Shown here: piece by piece, positions 21,405-32,080 of the stretch
Numbering within the stretch: position 1 is the stretch's first letter
How the letters are laid out: every line of letters starts with the position of its first letter
Origin: a virus
Taxonomy: Duplodnaviria; Caudoviricetes
Length of the DNA: 64,000 nt
Virus record (IMG/VR): IMGVR_UViG_3300021431_000087
Coordinates: 60,195-124,194 of that record
Reading direction: 5' to 3' (one strand)
Translations under genes and position numbers: made by a program
The notes under the pieces: generated by a model
Seen by the model: only the letters and a program-made list of their open reading frames with translations
Databases searched by the model: none
Told to the model about the DNA's origin: nothing

Positions 21405-21490
21405 AAAGAACAATCTTGATAAGAAAAGATAATTGTCGCCGTTTTATGCTAAAGATTGATAACATACTTGGTTATTAAATACGTTTTTCG

Positions 21491-21560
21491 TACTTTTGTA
21501 TCGGCAATAAGCCAGAACCCTTAGAACCGGCCACCCCAGGGTTATAGGATGGGCAAGAGT
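21491..21560 (+). promoter_or_regulatory. Promoter plus conserved AACCCTTAGA leader
   Basis: TACTTTTG 21491-21498, AACCCTTAGA 21516-21525, AAGAGT-ATG. Confidence 0.65.
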
Positions 21561-21899
21561 ATGAAGACCACTTTCAAGCAGCAGATGAGCGAGATTATGA
21601 ACACCGCTTGGCAGTTCGTGAAGAAGAACGGTATGAGCATGAGCGAGGCTCTGCAGATGGCTTGGCGCAACTACAAGCTGCGCTGCGCAATGACACAGCG
21701 TATAGTAAAGTTCTACTTCCAGAAGGTAGACGGTGTTACGGTGCGAGAGGCCTACGGCACGCTGAGATCCGACATGCTGCCTCCCACATCGGGCGAGAGC
21801 AGCCGCCGCCCGAACCCCACGGTGCAGGTTTACTTCGACACCGCGAAGGGAGAATGGAGATGCTTCAAGAAGGCTAACCTTCTGCGAGTAGCATTCTAA
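21561..21899 (+). CDS. DUF2693/WYL-like SH3 beta-barrel protein
   Basis: VKFYFQKVDG..REAYGTL...YFDTAKGEWRCFK. Confidence 0.75.
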   Translation: MKTTFKQQMSEIMNTAWQFVKKNGMSMSEALQMAWRNYKLRCAMTQRIVKFYFQKVDGVTVREAYGTLRSDMLPPTSGESSRRPNPTVQVYFDTAKGEWRCFKKANLLRVAF

Positions 21900-21936
21900 T
21901 AAGGCAACGGCAGGGCTAACCACCCTGCCACCACCA

Positions 21937-23460
21937 ATGAAAGATATGACGGAGAAAGAACTTAGAGAAAAGGTTACCATCCGTAGGATGCAGCAGGGCT
22001 GCTATAAGGTGACCATAAACTTTCGGGGCAGGGAGTATTCATGCCAAAGCCACAACTCACTTGCCTGGGACGACCTCGGTGACGATGTTCACCGCAGCTA
22101 CTACAAGACCGACAAGCAGTGCCTTGAGGCTTTCTACGAAGAATGTAAAAGAAAAAACGACCTATGATTAAGACTATGAACAAGCTTTACAGAGCCGAAT
22201 TAAAAGCCGCACGTCGGCTTGCAAGGTGGGCAGACGGACATTCATCCACCATTGATATTATATGCGCCACAGCGGCGTTTATTTGCGCAATTTACGTATT
22301 TTTATGTTACCCGCTATGAGAACAACGACAGCATACAAACAGCAGATCGAAGAGAAAGCGTTTGAACGGCGCATTAACTACGATAAGTTCAGCGAGATAC
22401 GGCATGAGGTGCGCTCGGGCATTCTTGCCAAGATGCGCTACCATCAAAAGGTGGCAGCGGAGGTGTACGGCAAGATTGTGTATCTCACCGAACCAGAGGT
22501 GAGGGCTTTACAGGTTCTTGCCAAGCGTAAGGCAGAAGATTCCGACGAGGATTTTAAGGAGTTTACCGATAACGTCATCATCTACTCGCATTGTCATAAG
22601 CGCAGGTCGAAATATAAAATGATTTTCCGAAAGGACGGCAATTTCGAGAACGAGTTCGAGCCTGGATTCTTCGACGTTAACAAGCGACTATATGAACTAT
22701 TATAGCTTACGAGAATAATAAAGTTTAACCATAAAATAATTCTATCATGTTAATCAAGACAAAATTCAACATCGGTGACAAGGTCTTCACCATTGACACC
22801 ACTTATCTCAAGGTAAGGGAGTTTGAGGTAAATCGTATAAATGCCTTCACGGTAGGTGACACGGTAAACGTACGACTCTATGACAGTGAGTCCTACAACG
22901 CCAACGGCTATGACGAGAACAAATGCTTTCACACGGAGGCAGAACTGATGACCTTTATAACGACGAAGGAAGATGCAAAGACACTTTGAAATGACGGTAA
23001 GGGAGAAGGATGGATCAGTGCTCCATCCTTCCTATGTCGGAGAAGTTGGAGAGAATGCCGAGAGATTCCTGAGAGGGTTCTTCGGTCTTGACAATCCCGA
23101 CGTGGAGAGCTACGAAATCCAAGAGGTGTACTACTGCTGCATCTGCGGCAGGCGTATAGAAGGACACCCGCACAACGCTGCACCATTACGTGACGGTGTC
23201 TGCTGCGACGAGTGCAATATGACAAGGGTTGTTCCCGAAAGAATAAAAATGGCGAAAGAACAATGATACAGGTAAAGACTAAAAACGGATGGACTCTCAA
23301 AAGTTATCGTGCCGAAGGCAACGACACGTGGGAGTTCATTAGTTGCGGCACACACAGCCTTGCACAGGAGGTGGCCGCATTGGTACGTGAACAAGGCAAG
23401 ACCTGCGAGGTTGACTTTTCCTCGTATGGTTGGTATGTAAGAATTAAAATAGAAGATTGA
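21937..23460 (+). CDS. Run of small hypothetical ORFs (21937, 22262, 22747, 22973, 23212)
   Basis: Co-oriented ORFs; 22973 has CCICG...CCDECN Zn finger. Confidence 0.6.
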
Positions 23461-23807
23461 CTATGCAGTACACAACGATCGAGCAGAGCAAGCGGCTCGT
23501 AGAGCTTGGGCTTGACCCATCCACATCAGATATGTGGTACAGCGAGAAATACGGGATTCAAATTGGCTTTGCTGGCAAGAGGACACCCGCATGGTCGCTC
23601 GACGCCCTTCTGAAGGTGATTCCATGCCCCTACCAGATGACCCGTGGAATTGACGGTAAGGTGCAGTTTACGCTGCTCACCGTCTCACGAGACGACACCT
23701 TTGAAACAGAGCTGGAGGCAGTCTATACGATGGTCGTTTGGCTGCTTGAGAATGATTTGTTAGACCCCATAAAACTGAAGAATTATGATTCCAAGAGAGC
23801 AGATTAA
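23457..23807 (+). CDS. Phage protein, EQSKRL...PAWSL family
   Basis: Paralog of 12045/12410. Confidence 0.75.
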   Translation: MTMQYTTIEQSKRLVELGLDPSTSDMWYSEKYGIQIGFAGKRTPAWSLDALLKVIPCPYQMTRGIDGKVQFTLLTVSRDDTFETELEAVYTMVVWLLENDLLDPIKLKNYDSKRAD

Positions 23808-23962
23808 GTATGCCCAGCAAGAAATCCAAAAGGCAGGGCGGGAGCTTGTCAGCGCAAACATGCGTCTTGAAGGCTCAAAGTATGAGAGCGATATGCGAAA
23901 GGTGATGGATGCGCTTTCCACACTGAACACAAGGTTAATAAACGATTTAAGAAAGTAGGGCT

Positions 23963-24517
23963 ATGCAAGAAATAGAGTTCCGAGGACAAAGAATTGATAA
24001 TGGAGAATGGGTATATGGATTTCTCTACCAGATTCCATTACCAAGTGGAGTTGGATGTATGATATTGACCACGGACAACTACCACGAGGATAATTCTATA
24101 GACCCGAAATATCACCTCGCTTTTACCTTGTGGGTAGATTTGTTCCCCGTTAAGCCAGAGACTGTTGGTCTGTTCACTGGATTGCTCGATAAGAACGGCA
24201 AGAAGATATACGAAGGTGACATCGTGAGGTATTACTGCATAGTTCCCCGCTGCATCAATCCTGACTGCGACCCGTTCAACCGGATATACGAGTCTATCCT
24301 AAAGGAAATTAATGGGGTCGTTTCCTATGAATGCGGCATGTTCACTTGCGACGATTATTCTCCATTGGCATTTTGCGGTCTTGAAAATTTGGAAGAACTA
24401 CGCAAAGACCTTGACGTTTCCGAGGAGGATGGATGGGGTGACGCTGAAGGCAACGTTATCGATGAGTCTGTTCTCGGTATAAAAGTAATTGGCAACATTC
24501 ACGACGAAAAACAATAA
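23963..24517 (+). CDS. YopX family protein
   Basis: IEFRG..NGEWVYG; TGLLDKNGKKIYEGDIV; VIGNIHD. Confidence 0.9.
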   Translation: MQEIEFRGQRIDNGEWVYGFLYQIPLPSGVGCMILTTDNYHEDNSIDPKYHLAFTLWVDLFPVKPETVGLFTGLLDKNGKKIYEGDIVRYYCIVPRCINPDCDPFNRIYESILKEINGVVSYECGMFTCDDYSPLAFCGLENLEELRKDLDVSEEDGWGDAEGNVIDESVLGIKVIGNIHDEKQ

Positions 24518-24698
24518 AGATGAAGTTTACATTACACATAAGGATTGACAACCCCAAAAAGGGTATTAAGGAAAGAATAATGGAAGAGGTTGCATTATAT
24601 CTTAAACGCAATGGATATTCTTTCGATGTAGGTTTCAATCCAAATGAGTTAGATATTGATTCTATGGGCAAAGCTTAACAATTATAAAAGAAACAATT

Positions 24699-25787
24699 AT
24701 GGCACACAATCTTGAAATCAACAACGGCGTAGCGTCCTTCGCAGAAAACGGGCGCAAGGAGCGTGCATGGCACGAATTGGGACAGGTATTTGACCGTCCA
24801 ATGACCGTCAAGGAGGCACTGGAGGCTTCCCACGCCAATTATGAAGTCACGCTAAACAACGTGGCGGTGATAACCCCTGCAATAGCCGAGGCAATGGCAA
24901 CGGGCAACGTTCCCGCAGACCTTCTCCTTGACGCAATGGTGAGCGGTAAGAAAGCCACACTCCGCACGGACAAGAACAAACCTCTTGGCATCGTCGGCGA
25001 TAGCTACGGCATCGTACAGAACATCGATGCCTTCACGTTCATCGACACCCTCTGCACGGGGCAGGTCGGTGACCACGTTCCCGTCATTGAATGCGCAGGG
25101 GTGCTCGGCAGTGGCGAGCGGGTTTTCATAACCGCAAAGTTCCCTGATGACATCATCCTCGACAACAAGGGCGACGACAAGGTAGAGATGTATATGATGT
25201 TCACCACCTCTCACGACGGAACGGGAGCAGTCAAATGTGTCGTCAGTCCAGTGAGGACGGTCTGTGAAAACACGATGCGAATGGCTCTCGCCCATAACGC
25301 CGGCATGCTTTCCCTCCGCCACTCATCAAACATCATGCAGCGGCTTGACCTGACTTCCAAGGAAAATACCGAGTTCGCTTTCAAGGCACTCAACCTTATG
25401 AAGGTTTACAAGAAATCCCTTGAGCAGAGGTTTGACCATCTGCGCAACATTAAGATTGCGGAGCAAGACCTCGACCGTATCCTGGCAGAGGTAGTGCTTT
25501 CCGAGAAATCGATGGAAACGTACCGTAAGTTCGGCACGATGGAACACGAGGATATCCCCACCCAGTCCAAGAACACCTTCGAAGCTATGAAGATGGCGGT
25601 GGAGAACGGTATAGGACAGGAATATGGCGAGCGAGGAACTGGATTGTGGGTCATGAACGGCATCACGTCGTACTACCAAAACAATGCTACTTGGCGCAAC
25701 GAGGAAATCAAATTCGACAGCATTCTGCACGGTTACACCTCCAAGAAGGTGCTCGATGCCTGTCTTGCCGTAGAGAACCTATTATAA
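24699..25787 (+). CDS. DUF932 (TIGR03299-like) phage/plasmid protein
   Basis: MAHN..AWHELG; LGIVGDSYGIVQN; TSHDGTG; PVRTVCENT. Confidence 0.9.
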   Translation: MAHNLEINNGVASFAENGRKERAWHELGQVFDRPMTVKEALEASHANYEVTLNNVAVITPAIAEAMATGNVPADLLLDAMVSGKKATLRTDKNKPLGIVGDSYGIVQNIDAFTFIDTLCTGQVGDHVPVIECAGVLGSGERVFITAKFPDDIILDNKGDDKVEMYMMFTTSHDGTGAVKCVVSPVRTVCENTMRMALAHNAGMLSLRHSSNIMQRLDLTSKENTEFAFKALNLMKVYKKSLEQRFDHLRNIKIAEQDLDRILAEVVLSEKSMETYRKFGTMEHEDIPTQSKNTFEAMKMAVENGIGQEYGERGTGLWVMNGITSYYQNNATWRNEEIKFDSILHGYTSKKVLDACLAVENLL

Positions 25788-26013
25788 GAAATCTCCATCC
25801 ACGGGAGGTTTCGGCTGCCCAACCTGCTCTGGGTAGCCATTTTTTGCTAACTTATGATAACTGGTTGCCCATTTGTGATAAGGTATGCTAAACTCTTGCT
25901 AAATGAAGCTAAATTGCTCGCCTAAACGATTGTTTTTCAACCGTTTGCAATTACCTTTGCATCGAACCCTTAGAGGCCAAGAGCGCAAGGCCATAACACG
26001 GCGCAGCAAGAGT

Positions 26014-26922
26014 ATGAATACTACAAAGAAGTCATTAAGCGAGCAGGTAAACGAAGTGTTGAAAAGCAGGATGAGCCGCCCCAAGAAGCAGGAGGCCATC
26101 GTAAAGCTCGGCGTTACTCCTTTTGAGGCAATGTGCCTTGTGAGGAGTTACATGCCTGCCCCACGCCCACTACCATTCTCCTACACCTTCGGGGTAGAAA
26201 TTGAATGCGTAGGATGCCGATACACCGAGTTCTTCGCAGCAGCACGCCGCAACGGACTCGAGGTGATGGATCAGGTATACTACAACCACAGGGACATCCC
26301 CCAATTCAAGCTGACCACCGACTCGAGTATCAGCGGGCACAATCCCGCCGAGTGCGTCACCCCTGCCTTGAACGGCAACGACCAAGGTTTCGAGAGCCTC
26401 AAGGCTTGCTGCAAGAGCCTTCGGGAGATTGGCGCTACGACCAACTCCTCCTGCGGACTCCACGTACACATCGGGGCTGCAAGCCTTACCGACCTTGAGT
26501 ACTGCAACGTCTTCGTCAACTACATGAGGATGGAGACCGCCATCGAGAGCTTTCTTGCCCCGAGCCGCCGGGGTAGCTACGCAAGATGGTGCAACAGCCT
26601 CCGCAACCACGAATACGGTGTTCTTCACGCCACCACGAAAGAGCAGATGCGCTACGCCTTGAACAGCGACCGCTACCACAGGGTAAACCCCTGCGCCTAC
26701 GCCGCCCACAAGACCATCGAGTTCAGGCAGCACCAAGGCACTGCGAACTACACCAAGATAAGCCACTGGGTTAAGTTCTTGGGCAAGCTCGTAGAGTTCA
26801 GCAAGACTACCCGCCTTAACGCCGACATCAACCGCATCGAGGACATCCCTTTCTTGAGCGAGAACGATAAAGCCTACTTCTGCAGCCGCAGAGCCGAATT
26901 CGAGGCTCGTGCCGCTCGGTAA
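26014..26922 (+). CDS. Amidoligase (COOH-NH2 ligase type 2) family protein
   Basis: TFGVEIE, DSSI, ECVTP, SCGLHVH, RYHRVN, TIEFRQH; start set by the conserved leader. Confidence 0.9.
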   Translation: MNTTKKSLSEQVNEVLKSRMSRPKKQEAIVKLGVTPFEAMCLVRSYMPAPRPLPFSYTFGVEIECVGCRYTEFFAAARRNGLEVMDQVYYNHRDIPQFKLTTDSSISGHNPAECVTPALNGNDQGFESLKACCKSLREIGATTNSSCGLHVHIGAASLTDLEYCNVFVNYMRMETAIESFLAPSRRGSYARWCNSLRNHEYGVLHATTKEQMRYALNSDRYHRVNPCAYAAHKTIEFRQHQGTANYTKISHWVKFLGKLVEFSKTTRLNADINRIEDIPFLSENDKAYFCSRRAEFEARAAR

Positions 26923-27025
26923 CCACGGAGAGGCACAACTACCCCACCCGAGCGCAAAGAGCGCAACGGCGGGGCAGAAAACGGCAAAATATAGAAAATT
27001 AAAGTTTAACATCATTAAATAGACT

Positions 27026-27541
27026 ATGATAAAAGAAGAATGGAGACCGATAAAGGATTACGAAGGACTTTATGAGGTTAGCGACTTAGGCCGGGTTCGC
27101 TCTTTAAGAAACAAAAATCGCATCCTTAAACCTTCAAATAATCAAAACGGCTATCTGCAAGTGACCCTAAGCAAAGACAATAATATACAGGCGCTTCTTA
27201 TCCACCGTCTTGTAGCAAATGCTTTTCTTGACAATAAACAGAATCTGCCACAAGTAAATCATATAGATGAAATTAGAACAAACAATTTTGTTACCAACCT
27301 CGAATGGGTTACAGCGAAACAGAACTTGAAGCATAGCAACGTCTGTAAAGTTATGAAAGCCGCTGCCGTAAAAGCTTTGGAGAAACCCGTTAATATGTAT
27401 AACATGTATGGTGAGTTTGTGAAAAGATTTGAAAGTGCAACGAAAGCTGCGGACTTTATTGGTGGGTATCAACAGAATGTTAGTGCTTGCTGTTACGGCA
27501 AAATTAAATCCTACAAAGGATATGTATTTAGATTTGTTTAA
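27026..27541 (+). CDS. NUMOD4-HNH-NUMOD1 homing endonuclease
   Basis: EEWRPIKDYEGLYEVSDLGRVRS; HRLVA..F; VNHIDE..NN..NLEW. Confidence 0.9.
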   Translation: MIKEEWRPIKDYEGLYEVSDLGRVRSLRNKNRILKPSNNQNGYLQVTLSKDNNIQALLIHRLVANAFLDNKQNLPQVNHIDEIRTNNFVTNLEWVTAKQNLKHSNVCKVMKAAAVKALEKPVNMYNMYGEFVKRFESATKAADFIGGYQQNVSACCYGKIKSYKGYVFRFV

Positions 27542-27577
27542 CGATTAAATTAAAATAAAATAGAAAGGATAAACGTT

Positions 27578-28129
27578 ATGTGTGTAATAATAATTTCCCC
27601 AGCGGGTCATGCCCTCCCCACCAAGAAAGAGCTGAGGGCAGCGTTTAAGCGTAACCACGACGGATGCGGATTCGTCAGCGAGAGTGACCACTACAAGAGC
27701 CTCGATTTTGAGGATTTCTACGCAAGGCTAAAGAAAGTCCCGAAGAACGAGAACTGCATCATCCATTTCCGGTGGGCTACCCACGGCAAGGTGTCCCTTG
27801 CCAATTGCCACCCGTTCTATGACGAGAAATCAAATACGTGGTTCATGCACAACGGCATCCTCGCCATCACACCCTACAAGGGCAAGACGGACAGCGAGAC
27901 GGCTTTCAAGAAATACCTCGTCCCTGCTATCCGCACGTACGGTCTCTACTCGAAAGAGCTGCAGACCATCGCTCATAACATCATAGACTCGTCCAAGTTC
28001 GCATTCATGCAGAACGGGCAGATTAAGACCTTCGGACGGTTCATTGAATACAATGGCTGTTACTACAGCAACCTATACCACCTGCCATACACCGCCTTCA
28101 TCCAGAATAGGTGGACGTACGCAGGTTGA
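27578..28129 (+). CDS. Class II (Ntn) glutamine amidotransferase
   Basis: N-terminal MC, NHDGCG, HFRWATHG, NCHPF, HNG, TDSE. Confidence 0.9.
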   Translation: MCVIIISPAGHALPTKKELRAAFKRNHDGCGFVSESDHYKSLDFEDFYARLKKVPKNENCIIHFRWATHGKVSLANCHPFYDEKSNTWFMHNGILAITPYKGKTDSETAFKKYLVPAIRTYGLYSKELQTIAHNIIDSSKFAFMQNGQIKTFGRFIEYNGCYYSNLYHLPYTAFIQNRWTYAG

Positions 28130-28133
28130 GAAA

Positions 28134-28265
28134 AGGGTGTCCTTTAGGCACCCCACGTGGTAGTCATACTCACCACGTTTTTCTAAGGGTTCGGGACGGG
28201 ACGTTGAGAAACGTATACCGTCCCTTTTCTAAAAACAAAAAACGGGGCTTTTAACGCCTCGTTTT
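28134..28265. terminator. Cluster of hairpins at a convergent junction
   Basis: GGGTGTCC/GGCACCC, GGGACGG/CCGTCCC, AAAACGGGGC/GCCTCGTTTT. Confidence 0.55.
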
Positions 28266-28336
28266 CTTTATCCGTATACCTTATCCACCCAGTCCATATC
28301 AAAGCGACACGGGCAAAACAAATCGCAAGAACACGC

Positions 28337-28804
28337 CTATTTATCACCCCTCCAAAGCGGAGAGTTGCTCCACAACACCTTGCCGACCCAGAACATAAGA
28401 TATGTGCCGTCGCAGGTGATGTCCTTCAGGGCAACGGTCGCCGTCAAGGCACCCCTGCCGCGACCTACATGGATGACGATGGCATCGAACGGCGTGAGAT
28501 ACCGCTTGCCGTCCTCCTCATAGGAACATTTGCGCTTGTAGTAGTCATTCGTCCAATCACGAAACTCGATGGGCTTTGCCCCGGTAATGATAGCATCGAA
28601 GTACACCTTGTGGATGGAGAGATGCAGTGTCTTCATCCCATTCGTCTTCGGTTTCAACGGCTCCTTTAAGGCCACCACATCCTTCGGTTTGGGGAGCAAA
28701 GCGTCTAACTCTTGCTTTGTTACCAACTTGGCAAGTTTCTTGCCCTTTTCCTCGTAGGATAACGAGGACTTCAAAATCGATTGTATTTCTTGCTGTAAAG
28801 TCAT
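28337..28804 (-). CDS. ASCH domain protein
   Basis: LHLSIHKVYFDAIITGAKPIEFR. Confidence 0.8.
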   Translation of the reverse strand: MTLQQEIQSILKSSLSYEEKGKKLAKLVTKQELDALLPKPKDVVALKEPLKPKTNGMKTLHLSIHKVYFDAIITGAKPIEFRDWTNDYYKRKCSYEEDGKRYLTPFDAIVIHVGRGRGALTATVALKDITCDGTYLMFWVGKVLWSNSPLWRGDK

Positions 28805-28805
28805 A

Positions 28806-29042
28806 TCAGTATATACCTAACTTTTCTTCCTTGTCGACATCGACCTCTTCTATCTCAGCGTACCCTTCCTTGTGTCGCTTTACCCATGCCTCCGCCTTTT
28901 CTTTCGTAGAAGCAATGTGGAAAAGCTCAAAATCCTCTTGGTCTCTGTAGTAGACAACAAAAACTTTCATAACGCAAACAAATCTTTTTCGTATATCCAA
29001 CGCTTGATGTGGCAATGTTCCCACATGCCGGAATAATAGCAC
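28806..29042 (-). CDS. Hypothetical protein
   Basis: Probable start MKVFVVY; STKEKAEAW. Confidence 0.55.
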   Translation of the reverse strand: MLLFRHVGTLPHQALDIRKRFVCVMKVFVVYYRDQEDFELFHIASTKEKAEAWVKRHKEGYAEIEEVDVDKEEKLGIY

Positions 29043-29431
29043 TCGTCATCGCTGTCAAACCGATTACGATCGAGGTCGTAGTCTGCAAAGCGCAAACCTC
29101 CGTCCGTGCTTTCAAACATAATTCTTCCTGTCTGCGGTTTCTCGCTGCCATCGTGCCACAATGACTTATTGCATCGGTTATAATAGTATCGCAACAACTC
29201 GGTCAATGCAAGGTCGTTTATCCATTTCTGGTCATCAAGGAACGTAGTAATAGTCGCCTTGTCACGATTGATGTCATAAAGCATACCTTCCAACGGCTGT
29301 TTCACAAAGTCTTCAAGGCTGCATTTATGCAATCCGCAGACAGAAGCAAAAACGATGTTGCCTTTGCCATATTCTTCCAACACCATTCCTTTTATGTGCC
29401 GGTGTTCTTTGTCTTTGTCTTTCTCGCTCAT
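28967..29431 (-). CDS. Hypothetical protein
   Basis: LWHDGSEKP...RWIYEKDL. Confidence 0.65.
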   Translation of the reverse strand: MSEKDKDKEHRHIKGMVLEEYGKGNIVFASVCGLHKCSLEDFVKQPLEGMLYDINRDKATITTFLDDQKWINDLALTELLRYYYNRCNKSLWHDGSEKPQTGRIMFESTDGGLRFADYDLDRNRFDSDDECYYSGMWEHCHIKRWIYEKDLFAL

Positions 29432-29623
29432 AACTTCGGATTGTTATTTGCCATGAACATTATGGCATCATGAATATACTCGGCCATCTTCCTCGCTCCT
29501 GCAAGGTAGCCGTCAATGAAACACTCTCCTCCGTCCACAATAGGACGGTCTTTCAAATACTCGGCAAAGGACTCTGCCGCAAAGTTCCTTAAATCTTCCT
29601 CGCTCATAATCTTGTTCTATTTT

Positions 29624-30139
29624 TTAATCCCACCATTCCCACATCTTGTATTCGCGGATAAGGTTATACAGGTGCATGGCTTTGCGTGTACGAAGATTGA
29701 CGGAATAGGTTATCGCAGCTCCCCATCTTCCGTTTCTCCGAGCGTTTTTAATCGGCTCATCACGAAAGAACCTCCGCTCGTTACGTTCGTTTATATGGCA
29801 TGGAAATGGTACTGAATCGTCAATGCCTGCGTCAATCAACTCAAATAAGCCATCATCACGCTCTTTCCATTTAACGTCACCCACGCTTCGTTTCTCCATC
29901 CACGTTCTATATGCAGCGTCATCTTCCAAAATGATGTCAATTAACTTTATGCAGACGCTCATGTCGCGGACGTTCTGTTCCCATCCCACGTGCCTTTGTG
30001 CTTCCCCTATGTAGTCACGCATCCGCTGGAGTTTCTTCTTCTCCAGAGCAAGCAGAAAGCACCAGTCCCAATCGTGGTCGTTAGCGAGCAGCCGCTTGTA
30101 GGCGTGTATTGGGTTTCTCCTATGCAACTTCCTTTTCAT
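29624..30139 (-). CDS. Hypothetical phage protein
   Basis: DHDWD...terminal WWD. Confidence 0.7.
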   Translation of the reverse strand: MKRKLHRRNPIHAYKRLLANDHDWDWCFLLALEKKKLQRMRDYIGEAQRHVGWEQNVRDMSVCIKLIDIILEDDAAYRTWMEKRSVGDVKWKERDDGLFELIDAGIDDSVPFPCHINERNERRFFRDEPIKNARRNGRWGAAITYSVNLRTRKAMHLYNLIREYKMWEWWD

Positions 30140-30885
30140 ATCTCAAAACATTTATCTAATCTGAATCCGTTCATCTGTCCTTTGTGTTCCACGTAGCCGA
30201 GCTGATTGCATATCACCTCCGTGTTGAACACCTTGCAGTTGATGTTCGTATGCGAGTGTCCGTAGACCCAATAGTCAATCCTTCCGTCCTCCATCAGATA
30301 GTGAAGGTCGGTGGCAAAGGCAGACCGCAGCGGGCTTGTGAGGTGTTCCGTGGCTATCGTCAGCAGAGACGGTGAGTGGTGGGTGACAACAACGATATGC
30401 TTGGCGGTAGATGCCTCGACCATTTCCTTTATCATTCTAACGCAGAACTCATGCTCGTGCCTATACACATGCGGAGTCAGTCTATAATCTCCAAACTCTA
30501 TCATTCGGAAATCATTCAAGCCACATTTTACAGAAAGTTCATGTTCTGGTGCAATGTCAGACCATAGCGTGGAGAATATGAAATCCGTATCTTCTATCCG
30601 AGCAACTTTATTCTGATAGTATGCAACGTTAGAGTATATTGGCTTAACGAAACTTTCAGCATAGTCTGCAAGGTTACTACCATAGAACTCATGGTTTCCT
30701 GGCACGGCAAGCACATGTTTGTAATTCTTTCCTGCCCATTCCCAGAACCAAGCACAATCCTCTATGTACATAACATCTCCAGCAAGCAGAAGTATGTCTC
30801 CTGCCACTTCCAACGGATTCTCACACAGCCACTCTCGGTTGGCTCGGAACTCCAAATGTAGGTCTGATGCGTATTGAATCTTCAT
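30136..30885 (-). CDS. Calcineurin-like metallophosphoesterase
   Basis: SDLH, AGD, GNHE, THH, GHSH motifs. Confidence 0.9.
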   Translation of the reverse strand: MKIQYASDLHLEFRANREWLCENPLEVAGDILLLAGDVMYIEDCAWFWEWAGKNYKHVLAVPGNHEFYGSNLADYAESFVKPIYSNVAYYQNKVARIEDTDFIFSTLWSDIAPEHELSVKCGLNDFRMIEFGDYRLTPHVYRHEHEFCVRMIKEMVEASTAKHIVVVTHHSPSLLTIATEHLTSPLRSAFATDLHYLMEDGRIDYWVYGHSHTNINCKVFNTEVICNQLGYVEHKGQMNGFRLDKCFEI

Positions 30886-30896
30886 TGCCTTTTATT

Positions 30897-31391
30897 TTAA
30901 GCATCTGCAAACACCTTCCCGTCATCAAGTGTTACTTGCAATTTCGTGTACTCACAATGGAATCTTTCTTTTAGTTTCCAAAAATAACGCCTACACGCCA
31001 ACTTGCAGGCTTGCAGGTCATGAAGAAGATAGTTGCCACATGTCTCTGGTGTTGTGGCGGGCACTTCCTCTTGCTCGCTTATCCACCGTAGACACTCCAT
31101 CGTCAGATAGCGCATTTTCTCTACATCATATCCTTTGCGCATGATAACGTACATTCCCGTCAAGCACCCCATCGGGCCTACATAAACCACGTCATCCTTT
31201 ACCACGCTATTCCTGAACCACGTAGCCATCAAGTGCTCGATGCTGTGCATGGCCGCAGGAGCGATGGCAGGCTCCTTGTTCGGCTCCGTGAAACGAAGGT
31301 CAAAGGTCGTAAAATCCTTATCCTCACGGGAAACATATATCCCCGGCTTCAACTTTGTGTGGTCAATCGTAAAACTTGCTATCGCTTCCAT
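30897..31391 (-). CDS. luxS: S-ribosylhomocysteine lyase (AI-2 synthase)
   Basis: SFTIDH, HSIEH metal motif, GPMGCLTG catalytic Cys, CGNY. Confidence 0.92.
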   Translation of the reverse strand: MEAIASFTIDHTKLKPGIYVSREDKDFTTFDLRFTEPNKEPAIAPAAMHSIEHLMATWFRNSVVKDDVVYVGPMGCLTGMYVIMRKGYDVEKMRYLTMECLRWISEQEEVPATTPETCGNYLLHDLQACKLACRRYFWKLKERFHCEYTKLQVTLDDGKVFADA

Positions 31392-31394
31392 ATT

Positions 31395-31859
31395 CTATTC
31401 TTCTAAAGTTTTAACCCAAACTGTGCAACTGTTGTCATCCATACTGGTTAAATGCTTGTAGTAAAACGTACGTTCCACCACTCTATACCACTCTTGCTCC
31501 AACCTTACGGACTCTCCGACGTTCGGAACAACGGGACTGTCCTCCGTATGGAAAATCACATATTCCGAGTCTGGGTCTTGAAAAAATACTCTCATATCTT
31601 ATAAATCATGTTCTGCCAAATACTTTCTGCTCCATCCCTCGAAGGCATCGATATTCTTGAACTTCGGATGCGCCTCTATCACATTCCCGTCAAAAGTCAA
31701 CGTTCCGGCCTCCGCTCCTATGAAGCAATACTCAAAGCGTGATGCGTTCTTGCTGAATCCCAACTTGTAAACGGCATATATATCTCCATTTTCCTTCCTG
31801 TCGAGGTGCGCATGAGGTGTGCGCATATTTCTCGTTGCTGAAACTCTATGAAATCCCAT
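31395..31859 (-). CDS. Two small hypothetical ORFs (31395-31595, 31599-31859)
   Basis: Lead the luxS gene run; -7 element at 31876-31883. Confidence 0.55.
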
Positions 31860-31993
31860 ATTTTCTCTTTTTCGACAAAGATACGAATAAACATCGAGAA
31901 AACAACAAAAACTATGCTAAAGTATCTTATTGTAGGCATTTTTTGGCGATGTGTGCTAACAAAAGATAGTTAATACTAAACTGTGATTTTATA

Positions 31994-32025
31994 TTTGAAC
32001 GTTAAATAGTTTTATGTTATCTTTG
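31994..32025 (+). promoter_or_regulatory. Bacteroidota sigma-A promoter of the RAMP cassette
   Basis: TTTG 31994-31997, 20-nt spacer, TATCTTTG 32018-32025. Confidence 0.75.
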
Positions 32026-32080
32026 TGTCGTATTTAGTAAACGCCGCAAGGCATAGTAATAACAATTTATAACAGCGTAT

